From an uncultured Gemmatimonadales bacterium (lineage in GTDB: Bacteria; Gemmatimonadota; Gemmatimonadetes; Gemmatimonadales; Gemmatimonadaceae), in the NCBI GenBank assembly GCA_963793305.1, contig CAWBZV010000005.1, forward strand, positions 128,001 through 192,000: a DNA stretch of 64,000 nucleotides, written 5' to 3'. The translations under genes were made by a program, and so were the position numbers. Positions 29,391 to 38,485 of this stretch are shown here, piece by piece. Position 1 is the first letter of the stretch. The number at the start of each line of letters is the position of its first letter. Under the pieces are notes generated by a model. It did no database searches, was not told the origin of the DNA, and saw nothing but the letters and a program-made list of their open reading frames with translations.

Positions 29391-29863
29391 CGCTCGATTT
29401 GAGCGTAGCCACCGCGGTAGTAGAGCAGGGGGCTGGCGGTTCGAATCTCCGCGTGCTCGACCTCGCCGATGAAGATCGTGTGGTCGCCACCGGGTATCGA
29501 TCGTGATGCCCGGCACTCGAGGTACGCCAGCACATCGTCGAGAATCGGCGCGCCGCACGTGCCGCGCGTAAACCCGACGCCCTCGAACCGGTCGGTCTCC
29601 GGCGCCGCGAACCGGCGCCCCAGCGTTTCCTGGTTGGATGCCAGGATATTGATGACGAAGTGCGAGCACGCGGTCATCGCCGGGTGCAACGAGGCCTCGT
29701 GGTCGATGCAGACCAGCACGAGCGGCGGCGCGAGGCTGAGCGACGCGAACGCGTTCACGGTGAGACCGTGGTCGACGCCCGCGGTGTCGCGAGCCGTGAC
29801 GACGGTGACCCCGGTCGCGAACCGCCCCAGGACACTCCGAAAGTCATCCGGGTCGATGGTCAT
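29387..29863 (-). CDS. Flavin reductase family protein
   Basis: FRSVLGRFATGVTVVT, SLSLAPPLV, GDHTIFIGEV, PLLYYRG. Confidence 0.93.
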   Translation of the reverse strand: MTIDPDDFRSVLGRFATGVTVVTARDTAGVDHGLTVNAFASLSLAPPLVLVCIDHEASLHPAMTACSHFVINILASNQETLGRRFAAPETDRFEGVGFTRGTCGAPILDDVLAYLECRASRSIPGGDHTIFIGEVEHAEIRTASPLLYYRGGYAQIER

Positions 29864-31068
29864 GACGCGAGAAGTCGAAGAAGATAGGACGGCCGCAACA
29901 CTTCCCTCGCCGGTACGAAATCCCCGGTGACCCCCACGAAGAGATCAGCCATATCGCGCCGTCGGGCCAATGTGCGTGCCGCCCGATTCATGACCGCGGG
30001 AGACGCGGTGGCCGCGCCGACGATGCGCTCGACGATCCACTTCCCCATGAACTCGTGGCGCCGGCACCGCTCGTACGCTTCGAGCGCGATTTCGGCCCGC
30101 CGCGTCGTCGTCGCCCGCGCGGCCTCCACGGCATACGGGAGGAGCAGCTCACCTCCTCTGAGCGCCGCATAGATCCCCTCGCCCGTGAACGGGTCAAAGA
30201 AATCCGCCGCGTCGCCAACCAGCGCGGCGCCGGGCGCCCACGCCCGCCGCGCGTGCTGCGCAAACGGACCCGTCGCGCACACATCCGACACGCGCTCGGC
30301 GTCGGCGAATCGCGGCGCCAGATGCGGTCGGCGGGCGATCCACGCCGTCAGAAACCCCGCCGGATCGCCCCGAATGAGGCGCGCGGCTCGCGCCGAGACG
30401 ACCAACGCGACGTTCGTCTCGCCATTCCCGACGTCGGCGAGTCCAACGTATCCGTCGCGCTCCACGTGCATCTCGCCCCAACGGCCAATGCCCGCGATGC
30501 CGCGGTAATGCGTGACGAGCGCGATGCGCCGAGGCCACGCCGCGTAGTGCGTGAGTCCCAGTCGTCGCCCCACAATCGACCGCAGCCCGTCCGCACCGAC
30601 AACGAGTCTCCCGCGCAACACCCTCGTCTCGGTGCGGACGCCGGTCACACGTCCCGTGCCATCGCGCAAGACATCAAGTACGCGTTCGCCTTCGGCGACG
30701 CGTACACCGACGCGTCGCGCACGTTCGAGGACCAACGCGTCGAGGTCGCGCCGGGGCAGGGCAAGGCCACGATCACGGAAACCGTGGAACCCATGGGAGG
30801 CGGCGAACTCGCCGAAAATCTCCGAGCCATTGGGGCTGCGAACGAGCATGCCGGCGAGCTGCGCGGCCCCCGCCGCTTCGACCGCCTCGAGCGCTCCCAT
30901 ATCATGGAGAATGCGCGAAGCCTGCGGACTCAAATACTCGGCGCACACCTTGTCGCGCGGGAATCGCGCCCGGTCGAGCACGAGCACGTCAACGCCCGCA
31001 CGGGCAAGCGCCCATGCGGTCGCCGAACCGGCCGGCCCGCCTCCGACGACGATTACCTCGGCGTCCAT
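29860..31068 (-). CDS. FAD-dependent oxidoreductase (geranylgeranyl reductase / aromatic monooxygenase superfamily)
   Basis: VVGGGPAG, FPRDKVC, GADG, LVGDAA..FDPFTGEGI. Confidence 0.88.
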   Translation of the reverse strand: MDAEVIVVGGGPAGSATAWALARAGVDVLVLDRARFPRDKVCAEYLSPQASRILHDMGALEAVEAAGAAQLAGMLVRSPNGSEIFGEFAASHGFHGFRDRGLALPRRDLDALVLERARRVGVRVAEGERVLDVLRDGTGRVTGVRTETRVLRGRLVVGADGLRSIVGRRLGLTHYAAWPRRIALVTHYRGIAGIGRWGEMHVERDGYVGLADVGNGETNVALVVSARAARLIRGDPAGFLTAWIARRPHLAPRFADAERVSDVCATGPFAQHARRAWAPGAALVGDAADFFDPFTGEGIYAALRGGELLLPYAVEAARATTTRRAEIALEAYERCRRHEFMGKWIVERIVGAATASPAVMNRAARTLARRRDMADLFVGVTGDFVPAREVLRPSYLLRLLAS

Positions 31069-31114
31069 GCGGCTCCGCCGCAAGTCGATGCGCTTCGCGC
31101 TCGACTAGTCGGTT
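31068..31114 (+). repeat. Divergent partial copy (left module) of the hairpin repeat family
   Basis: tgcggc-tcc-gccgca, gtcgat-gcgc-ttc-gcgc-tcgac, tagtcggtt align to the left half of the 36584 and 63157 copies. Confidence 0.7.
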
Positions 31115-31132
31115 GGAACGGGTTCGCTTTGC

Positions 31133-31924
31133 TCACCCTGACCCCCAGATACTCGCCACCGCGCCTATCGCCGAGCTGACGGCGTTGACGCCGTCATTCG
31201 TCAGCCACCCCAGTCCGCCTGAGGCGGTCGTGGCGGCGCCGCAGCTATGTACCAGGCGCTCGGTCGCCAGGTTGCATTCTGGACACCGTCGGCGCGCCTG
31301 CAGTGTCGCCCCCAACAGCGAATCCGCCGTCGATCCAACGACGCCACCAATGAACGCGGCGGCTGCCACTCGAGCGGGCCACCCGATCAGCAACGCCATA
31401 CCGGCGAGGAACGCTGCGCCCGCGATCCCGGCGGCGGTTCCATAGGCCGTCACGCCACCCGACGTCCCCGGAGGCACGGGTCTCCACGTGAGAATAGAGC
31501 GAGGAAGAGCCGCGCTCATCGTCCCAATCTCCGTAGCCCACGTATCGGAGGTGGAAGCCGCGAGCGCCCCGGCGCCAATTGCCTGCCAAAGTGTCACCGG
31601 ATGCGCGATGTAAGCCACAGCGGCCAAAGCGAATAGTCCGCCGTTGGCGAGCACTTGGAGGGCGTCCCGCTCACCACCTTTCTCGACAATCGCGCGCGTG
31701 CGGTGCTCTTTGACCCGGCGGCCGAGGCGTGACAGCAGCGTGGAGGCCAAAAAGAACGCTATCAGCAGGGTTCCCCAGTCCCACCCCGCCACGACCGACG
31801 CGGTGCCAACGATCGTCGCACAGATAGCGCCGTCCGTCGACAGCGAGCGCGCTTTGCGCGCGGTGATGGCGATCGCGACGCTCACGACAAGCCCACCGGC
31901 GGCACGGACACCGAGCGCACTCAC
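31133..31924 (-). CDS. DUF92 (TMEM19/VTE6-like) membrane protein
   Basis: EKGGERDALQVLANGG, SDTWATEIG, VPPGTSGGVT, DSLLGATLQ, NDGVN; TATACT 6 nt before GTG. Confidence 0.9.
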   Translation of the reverse strand: MSALGVRAAGGLVVSVAIAITARKARSLSTDGAICATIVGTASVVAGWDWGTLLIAFFLASTLLSRLGRRVKEHRTRAIVEKGGERDALQVLANGGLFALAAVAYIAHPVTLWQAIGAGALAASTSDTWATEIGTMSAALPRSILTWRPVPPGTSGGVTAYGTAAGIAGAAFLAGMALLIGWPARVAAAAFIGGVVGSTADSLLGATLQARRRCPECNLATERLVHSCGAATTASGGLGWLTNDGVNAVSSAIGAVASIWGSG

Positions 31925-31991
31925 AACCCAAGTATAACGGCGGTCGTCAATTGCGCGCGCTCTCACGCGCCTTTAGCTTCGCTCCATTGGT

Positions 31992-32615
31992 ATGCCAGAT
32001 ACGGTCGACGCCCTTCTCCCTCTCAGCCTTCTGGAAGCGGTTCGGAGCGTCGACGCACCGCAGGATGACCAGGAAACCGAGCTGGTGCCGGAGTTACGGA
32101 ACAAGCGCCTGGGATTGAGCGAGACGGTCTACGCCCAGATCCGCCGCTATTCCGCCGCCGCCAAGAAGAAAGAGCGCACACCACACGACGAAGCCGTCGC
32201 CCTGGCCCGCTTGATCGGACGCCGGTCCGATGCGGCCGAAGTCTTCGAATCGGCCGGCCGTATTCTGGCCCGCGAGTCGTTGGCCACCACCTCGCCGATG
32301 ACGCAGCAGATCATCGTCGTGCTGCCGTCCATCCTCGGGCGGCCGCTGGCCCTCCGGCAGGCTCGCCGCATCGCGACGCGATTTCTGAACGGAACCATGA
32401 CCCGCGTCGGGAGCGCGCTCGTGCTCGAGGTCCCCGTGTCCGTGACGCTCGACTCGGCGCCGAACGAGCGCGGATGTGCGTACTATGAGTCGGTCCTCCG
32501 GGAGCTCGTGCGGCTGCTCGTGGGTGGCACCGGCGCCGTCGAGCATGTCCGCTGCACGAGCCGCGGTGAGGGCACGTGCGAATGGCGCGCCGAGTGGCGC
32601 TCCGGCGGAGGGTAA
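31992..32615 (+). CDS. Hypothetical protein with V4R-like C-terminus
   Basis: GCAYY...EHVRCTSRGEGTCEW resembles the V4R Cys/Glu pattern. Confidence 0.65.
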   Translation: MPDTVDALLPLSLLEAVRSVDAPQDDQETELVPELRNKRLGLSETVYAQIRRYSAAAKKKERTPHDEAVALARLIGRRSDAAEVFESAGRILARESLATTSPMTQQIIVVLPSILGRPLALRQARRIATRFLNGTMTRVGSALVLEVPVSVTLDSAPNERGCAYYESVLRELVRLLVGGTGAVEHVRCTSRGEGTCEWRAEWRSGGG

Positions 32616-32619
32616 GGCC

Positions 32620-33785
32620 ATTCTCTCCCGTGACAACCTCCCCGCGATCCAAGCCGCGCTCGCCGAAATGGGTCTCGACGGCTGGCTGTTGTTCGATTTC
32701 CGTGGCACGAATCCGATCGCGGCTGCCATGCTCGGCCTCAAAGGCCTGGTCACACGCCGCTGCTTCGGCTTTATCCCGACCCGCGGCGTCCCGGTCGCGC
32801 TGACACACGCCATCGAGCAACAACCGTGGGAGCGTTGGCCAGCCGAATGGGGCCGCGAGATCTACAGCGGTTGGCGGTCGCTCGAGGAGATGCTGGCGCG
32901 CCACGTCCGCGGTCAGCGCGTGGCAATGGAGTATTCACCGGGCGACGCAGTCCCGTATCTCGATCGCATCCCGGCTGGCGTCATCGAGATGGTTCGCGCG
33001 GCTGGTGCGACCGTCTCAACGTCGGCCGACCTCGTGAGTCGATTCTACGCGCAGTGGACGCCGGCGCAGATCGCGTCACATCGGCGAGCGGCCGAGGCCA
33101 TCGCGGAGATCGCGCGCAATGCATTCTCACTGGCCGGCGCGCAAACGCTCACCGAGTTCGAGCTCGCGCAATGGATTCGCGACGCCTTCGCGCGGGGCGG
33201 CCTCGTGACGGATCACGGGCCGATTGTGGCGATCGGCAGCAACGCCGCGAACCCGCACTACGAGCCGACGGTTGCCCACTCCGCCGCGATCACTCCGGGG
33301 AGTGTCTTACTCATCGATCTATTCGCCCACGAACCGGACGGCGTCTGGGCCGATCAAACGTGGGTGGGCACGCTCGGCGCACCTGACACCCGGACGATCC
33401 AAATTTGGGAAGCGGTGCGCGACGCGCGCGATGCGGCGATAGCCCTGATTCGGTCGCGCCTGGTCGCCGGCCAGATCGTGCGCGGCATGGAGGCCGACGA
33501 TGCCGCTAGCGGGCCGTCATCACGCAGCGGGGATACGGCCCGAATTTCACGCACCGCACGGGCCATTCGATCGACGCCTACGAGCTCCACGGCTCGGGTC
33601 CGCACCTGGATCACCTGGAGAGCCGCGACGACCGGGCGCTCATTCCGGGCGTCGCATTCTCGATCGAACCGGGCATCTACGTACCACGCGAAATCGGCGT
33701 CCGCAGCGAGGTCAATGCCATCGTCTCGGACGCCGATCTCTTGGTCACGCCGGCCATGCCCCAGCGTGACTTGTTTGTCGTCTAG
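32620..33785 (+). CDS. M24 (Xaa-Pro aminopeptidase-like) metallopeptidase, frameshift near 33510
   Basis: ANPHY, LIDL, ADQTW, then HRTGHSID, FSIEPGIY, GVRSE in the second frame; start codon unclear. Confidence 0.88.
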
Positions 33786-34318
33786 AAAATTTCGCGCTGC
33801 TTGACTTCGTACGAGGCCGTCGCCGGGGAGCTGCGGAGACGGTGCGGGGGTATGGCGATCGCGACCAGGTGCGCCGACTTCGAAACCGTAATGGGCCCCG
33901 TATACACCGGCGAATCCCACTGGGGTTTGCTGCCGTCGAGCGTGTAATAGATCACCGCATCAGGCGCCGCATCGGAGATCGTGATCTTGATCGCGCCGTC
34001 GTACGAGCCCGACTGGAGCGAGAACGTGGGGGTCGGGGCCATACGCTCCGACTCATCCTCGATCTTCGTCCGCGGAATGCCGTGTGATTCCGCCGTGATG
34101 CCGCCACTGTTGTCCAGTGACCTCGCGTTCGCGGACATCTCGCTGAACGCCTGGCGCGGCGCGAAGACCCCGAATGGCGACTGCGCCTGATACAACGGCT
34201 GCATGCTCTGCAACTGCGAGTTGTAGGACTGCATCATGAGGCCGCAAAAACACTGGGCGTGAGCCGTCGAAACGCCGACGAGACCCAACGATAACACGAA
34301 CGCCGCGATCCGCTTCAC
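33782..34318 (-). CDS. Secreted protein with chitobiase/beta-hexosaminidase C-terminal (Fn3-associated) domain
   Basis: Signal peptide ending AHA; PTFS..SGSY..IYYTLDGSKP..YTGPI; GGAGGT RBS upstream. Confidence 0.78.
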   Translation of the reverse strand: MKRIAAFVLSLGLVGVSTAHAQCFCGLMMQSYNSQLQSMQPLYQAQSPFGVFAPRQAFSEMSANARSLDNSGGITAESHGIPRTKIEDESERMAPTPTFSLQSGSYDGAIKITISDAAPDAVIYYTLDGSKPQWDSPVYTGPITVSKSAHLVAIAIPPHRLRSSPATASYEVKQREIF

Positions 34319-34442
34319 TTGGGACCTCCAGGGTTGATTGCAATCTAACACCGAAGCCCGCCATTGGTTGCACTGCCGGTGGCGTCGATAACCCGCCGGT
34401 TGCGCCGCGCCCGCTGTGGAGCCTGGCGGGTAGTCTCCCAGC

Positions 34443-35747
34443 ATGCGCTTGCGGCGGGCGACCTGCGGCGCGCTGGCGCTGTGGGCTGCCGTCGCGTCCG
34501 CTCAAACTACCTCGCGGCCGAACTTGAGAGCGGCCGTCTCGCCGACGTTGCGCGTCTTCCTGGATTGCACGGCCAGCGTCACCTGCGACTCGGCCTACGT
34601 CCGCACGGCGATCAACTACGTCTCCTACGTGCGCGACCCGTCGGTCGCCGATGTTCACGTTCTGTTAACAGCCGAGCCCACTGGATCTGGCGGTCAGGTT
34701 ACGACCGGCCAGTTCATCGGCCGCGCCGCGCTGGCCGGTCTCGTCGACACGATCGACATCGCGACCGCGCGCGGCGCCACCGATGATGAGCAGCGTCGCG
34801 CGATCGTGCGGCTCTTGAACCTCGGTCTCGTGCGATTCGCCGCTCGCACCGGGCTGGCCAACGACCTGTCCGTCTCCTTCAGCCCGACGACGAGCAGCGC
34901 GTCGACAATCCGTCGGCCGGACCCGTGGCACGCATGGGTCCTCGGCCTTGGGCTCGGCGGCTCGTTCGCGGGCCAAGCGTCCGGGGAAACCGCACAGCTC
35001 ACCGGCTCCTTCACCGCCGACCACATCACCAACGCCTGGCGCCTGGACTTCGCATTCACCGAGGCATACACCTCGAGCGTGATTCACGTCGACTCGGTGC
35101 GCGAGACGACCATCCAGCGGTACCTCCTCGGCACCGCCCAGATCGCGCGCAGCGTGACGCCGCACTGGTCCGCCGGCTTCGTCTCGTCCGCATCGTCCTC
35201 GACGTTCTTGAACGAGGAGCTGGCCGCCCATTTCGCGCCAGCCCTCGAATTCGACGTGTATCCCTACGCCGAAGCGACGCATCACCAACTCACGTTCCTG
35301 TACGCCGTTGGCGCCACGTATTTTCGGTTCGACCAGCGGACGATCTTCGATCGGATCACTGAAACGCGCGGCGATCAGACCCTCACGATGGCCCTGGCCG
35401 CCACCGAGCCGTGGGGTTCTCTCTCGGGTGCCTTCCAGGCGGCGGCCCTGCTCGATGATGTCCGCAAGAATCGCGAGATTCTCTCCGGAGACTTCCGCAT
35501 CCGCATCTTCACCGGCCTGAGCGTCGAGATCCAACCGAGCGTCTCGGCGATCCACGACCAGATCTACCTTCCGGCCGCGGGCGCCACGCGCGACGACATT
35601 CTCCTCGCCCGCCAACAACTCGCGACGGCGTATCAGTACCAGATGGCCATCGGCCTGACGTTCACATTCGGCAGCATCTTCAACGGGGTCGTGAACCCAC
35701 GGTTCAACCGGGCCATGACCGCGGGCACCTCGGGCTCGCCGTACTAA
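34443..35747 (+). CDS. Putative outer-membrane protein
   Basis: Signal peptide, VFLDC..CD, YVRD..ADVH, DPWHAWV, alternating beta-strand pattern, FGSIFNGVVNPRF. Confidence 0.7.
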   Translation: MRLRRATCGALALWAAVASAQTTSRPNLRAAVSPTLRVFLDCTASVTCDSAYVRTAINYVSYVRDPSVADVHVLLTAEPTGSGGQVTTGQFIGRAALAGLVDTIDIATARGATDDEQRRAIVRLLNLGLVRFAARTGLANDLSVSFSPTTSSASTIRRPDPWHAWVLGLGLGGSFAGQASGETAQLTGSFTADHITNAWRLDFAFTEAYTSSVIHVDSVRETTIQRYLLGTAQIARSVTPHWSAGFVSSASSSTFLNEELAAHFAPALEFDVYPYAEATHHQLTFLYAVGATYFRFDQRTIFDRITETRGDQTLTMALAATEPWGSLSGAFQAAALLDDVRKNREILSGDFRIRIFTGLSVEIQPSVSAIHDQIYLPAAGATRDDILLARQQLATAYQYQMAIGLTFTFGSIFNGVVNPRFNRAMTAGTSGSPY

Positions 35748-36562
35748 CGCAATCGCCTCAAGTATCGCTCGGGCGCCGCGAGAAACTCGCGCGTGAGCCG
35801 GACGCCGGGCAGATCGTCATATGCCATTGGCGTAATCGTGCCACCGTCGAAGGCCAGTATCGCCGCATCAGGAAACGCGAGCAGCATCGGCGAATGCGTC
35901 GCGATGATGAACTGGCCGTCGTCGCGGACCATGTCGAACAGATGCGCCAGGAGCGCGAGCTGGCTCTGCGGCGAGAGCGCGGCCTCGGGCTCGTCGATGA
36001 GATAGAGTCCGCCCTTTCGGAACCTCCCGGCGAAGAACGCGAGAAAACCCTCGCCATGCGAGCGCGCGTCGAGGTCGCCGCCGTACTGCTCCTCGAGCGC
36101 GCGGGCCGAGTGCCGGGTCGGACCCGTCGCCAGCGTCCGCGCCCAGTCGGACCGACCCTCGGCGCGGTACTGCGCATCCACCTCGGCCGACTCCCGCCGC
36201 ATTGCCTCGCGCAATTGCGCGGTATGCCTCGCGAATCCAAAGAAATCCTCGGCCCGCAGGAACCACCCGCTCGCTGTGCGATGCGCCCAGCCAAGGTCGA
36301 GCTGCTTGCCGAGCACGCGTTGGCGCTCGAGCGTCGGGTCGCGCTCGACCGACTCGCTCCCGGCCGTCACCGATCGCGTCGCGGCCGCGATGGCTTCAAG
36401 CACCGTCGACTTGCCGGATCCGTTCTCGCCAACGAAGAACGTCACCGCCTTCGTGAACGCGATCTCCGTCATGGAGCGGACCACATTGACCGAGAACGGA
36501 AACGCGTCCGGACGTTCGTCGTCGGGCACCCCCCGATAGCGCACCGATGCCAGATGGATCAT
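35744..36562 (-). CDS. Stand-alone ABC/AAA-type ATPase (COG3910-like)
   Basis: FFVGENGSGKST, FLRAEDF, SHGEGF, LIDEPEAALSP, IIATHSP. Confidence 0.88.
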   Translation of the reverse strand: MIHLASVRYRGVPDDERPDAFPFSVNVVRSMTEIAFTKAVTFFVGENGSGKSTVLEAIAAATRSVTAGSESVERDPTLERQRVLGKQLDLGWAHRTASGWFLRAEDFFGFARHTAQLREAMRRESAEVDAQYRAEGRSDWARTLATGPTRHSARALEEQYGGDLDARSHGEGFLAFFAGRFRKGGLYLIDEPEAALSPQSQLALLAHLFDMVRDDGQFIIATHSPMLLAFPDAAILAFDGGTITPMAYDDLPGVRLTREFLAAPERYLRRLR

Positions 36563-36583
36563 CGCCACCGTAATGGTATAACC

Positions 36584-36680
36584 GGGGGGTCCGGGGGGCG
36601 TAGTTGGGGTTGCCCCCCGGAGGCGAACCGACCAGTCGAGCAGCGCGTAGCGCTGCATCGACGAGCCGCGGAGCGGCTCA
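36584..36680 (-). repeat. About 97-bp multi-hairpin dispersed repeat, copy 1 (REP/MITE-like)
   Basis: Reverse complement matches 63157-63254 with two substitutions and one indel. Confidence 0.92.
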
Positions 36681-37607
36681 TCGCCGCCACATCTTGGGAT
36701 CTTCGAGGCCGAGGCGCCAGAGCGCGAGCGTCTTGGGCCCGAGCGCGCGGACCCGTCGCGCGAGCGTGTCCAGCGTGACGGCGTCGCAAAACCACACTTG
36801 CGACGAATCGGGCAAGGTCGCGTGCAGATTGAGCGATGCGCTGTCTCTGACCAAGGCCGTCCGCGAGGCCTCGTTGAATCCTACGACGGCCGCCGGCCCG
36901 TGCGCGGGCCATCGGTATCCGTACACGGGCAGCGCAACGACGACCCGGCTCGCCGATCCCGCCTGAGCGAGCCGGCGCTTCACGAGGTCCGTCACCCAAT
37001 CAGGGGACGCAATGGGACCCGGCGGTGCGGTCTGCCAGTGCTGATCGTACGCCATGATCATGACCTTATCGGTCACGTCGAGGAGCCGTCGCACGGGATA
37101 CGTCGCCGAGTCGTACCCGACAATCGTGACGCTGACCGGAGCCACGTGCCGCGCGTGCGCCGCCAGCGTGAGTGCCCGGACGGCGCTCAGGTAGGCGGCC
37201 GTATCCGCGGGCTTGAGGTCCTCAAAGTCGATGACGAGCCCGCGATAGTGCCCGTGGGCGAGTATCCGGCCAACCGAATCGGCGGCACGAGTGGGATCAG
37301 CCCCGAGGCGGCGCACGGCGTCGGGATGAAACTGCCCTCCGGACGCATTCGTGATCATCGCGAAGCTCGGCGCGGGCGACTCCGGCGTCTCGTCGGGATA
37401 GAGCAGCGCGGGCATGCCATTGCCGGAGTCGAGCCCGATCCAGGCGGCGATGACGGCGCCGAGCGCTGCGCCGTCGTGCTCGACGGTCGCATCGCTCCGC
37501 TCGTCCCAGGGCGCCGTAAACCCCCAATAGCGCGGGGGGGACGACTGGGCGGCCGTTACAGCAACGACCATGAAGACCCCTCTCCGTGCCCACCGCTGGA
37601 TCGTCAT
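36678..37607 (-). CDS. Glycoside hydrolase family 18-like protein
   Basis: GLVIDFE, IMAYDQH, PGPIA, LPVYGYRW, LALWRLGLED. Confidence 0.82.
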   Translation of the reverse strand: MTIQRWARRGVFMVVAVTAAQSSPPRYWGFTAPWDERSDATVEHDGAALGAVIAAWIGLDSGNGMPALLYPDETPESPAPSFAMITNASGGQFHPDAVRRLGADPTRAADSVGRILAHGHYRGLVIDFEDLKPADTAAYLSAVRALTLAAHARHVAPVSVTIVGYDSATYPVRRLLDVTDKVMIMAYDQHWQTAPPGPIASPDWVTDLVKRRLAQAGSASRVVVALPVYGYRWPAHGPAAVVGFNEASRTALVRDSASLNLHATLPDSSQVWFCDAVTLDTLARRVRALGPKTLALWRLGLEDPKMWRR

Positions 37608-37699
37608 ATTGGTCGGATTGTCTGGAACGCTGATCCCTTCGGGATCACCCTTCCAGGCGAGCTGGCCCTGCGTCACTTCGTTCCTCCGTGCCACGTTGC

Positions 37700-38485
37700 A
37701 TGCGGCGTCTACCACTGCTCCTTATCCTCATGGCTGCGTGCTCGACGCCCGCGTCGAGCCCGGACGCTCCATCCCGGCCGTTCCATCACCGGGGCGACGC
37801 GCCGGTAATCACGCCACTGGCGACCACATATAAGATCGCTCCGCTCCCGGCATTCGGCCGGATCGCCGGCTCCGTGACATTCTCCGGCTCGGCCCCGCAG
37901 GATTCTATTACGCACGTGACCACGGATGCCGACGTTTGCGGCGCGACGCTGGTCGATGTATCGATCCGCACGCGCGGCCCGCGTCTCGCCGGCGCGATCG
38001 TCTGGCTCACCGGCATCACCGCCGGCAAGCCGATGCCGTACGCGAAGCGATTCGATCTCATGACCCAAGGGTGCCGCCTCATTCCTCGCGTGCAAACCGC
38101 GGTCGTGGGTGGCACCGTCAACGTCCGCAATGCCGACGCGACCACGCACCGCACCCGTTTCACGCGCGACGGCGAGGAGATCGTGACGGTGCCGGAGACC
38201 GAAGATGGACAGATCGTTCCGGCCGAGTCGGTGCTGACAACCGCGGGGCTGATCGAGGTCACGTGCGTAGTCCATCCGTGGACCCACGGCTGGATCGCCG
38301 CCTTTGACCAGCCGTACTTCACGACGACGAACGAGGACGGCCAGTTCACGATCGATTCGATCCCACCGGGTCGTTACCGGCTCACCACGTGGCACGAGCG
38401 GTTCGGGCTGGTGACCGATAGCGTGACGGTCAGCAAAGGCGTCACAACCTCGATCATGACGACGTTCCGGCGAGCTCGTCCCTGA
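37700..38485 (+). CDS. Lipoprotein with cupredoxin-like and carboxypeptidase-regulatory-like domains
   Basis: Lipobox MAAC; QGC..PRV, N.D..TH, CVVHPW, PYF.TT..DG.F.I..IPPG.Y....WHE. Confidence 0.75.
   Translation: MRRLPLLLILMAACSTPASSPDAPSRPFHHRGDAPVITPLATTYKIAPLPAFGRIAGSVTFSGSAPQDSITHVTTDADVCGATLVDVSIRTRGPRLAGAIVWLTGITAGKPMPYAKRFDLMTQGCRLIPRVQTAVVGGTVNVRNADATTHRTRFTRDGEEIVTVPETEDGQIVPAESVLTTAGLIEVTCVVHPWTHGWIAAFDQPYFTTTNEDGQFTIDSIPPGRYRLTTWHERFGLVTDSVTVSKGVTTSIMTTFRRARP

Noticed and set aside
29387..31068. Flavin-dependent halogenase plus reductase
   Set aside because: No WxWxIP motif is visible; the motifs fit the geranylgeranyl-reductase/monooxygenase group better
35744..36562. ATPase of an anti-phage system
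   Set aside because: Stand-alone gene with no partner nuclease or effector
36563..36658. N-terminal extension of the ATPase (MQRYALLDWSVRLRGATP...) that also appears in an ORF near 63180
   Set aside because: It is just the translation of the dispersed DNA repeat, not a shared protein domain
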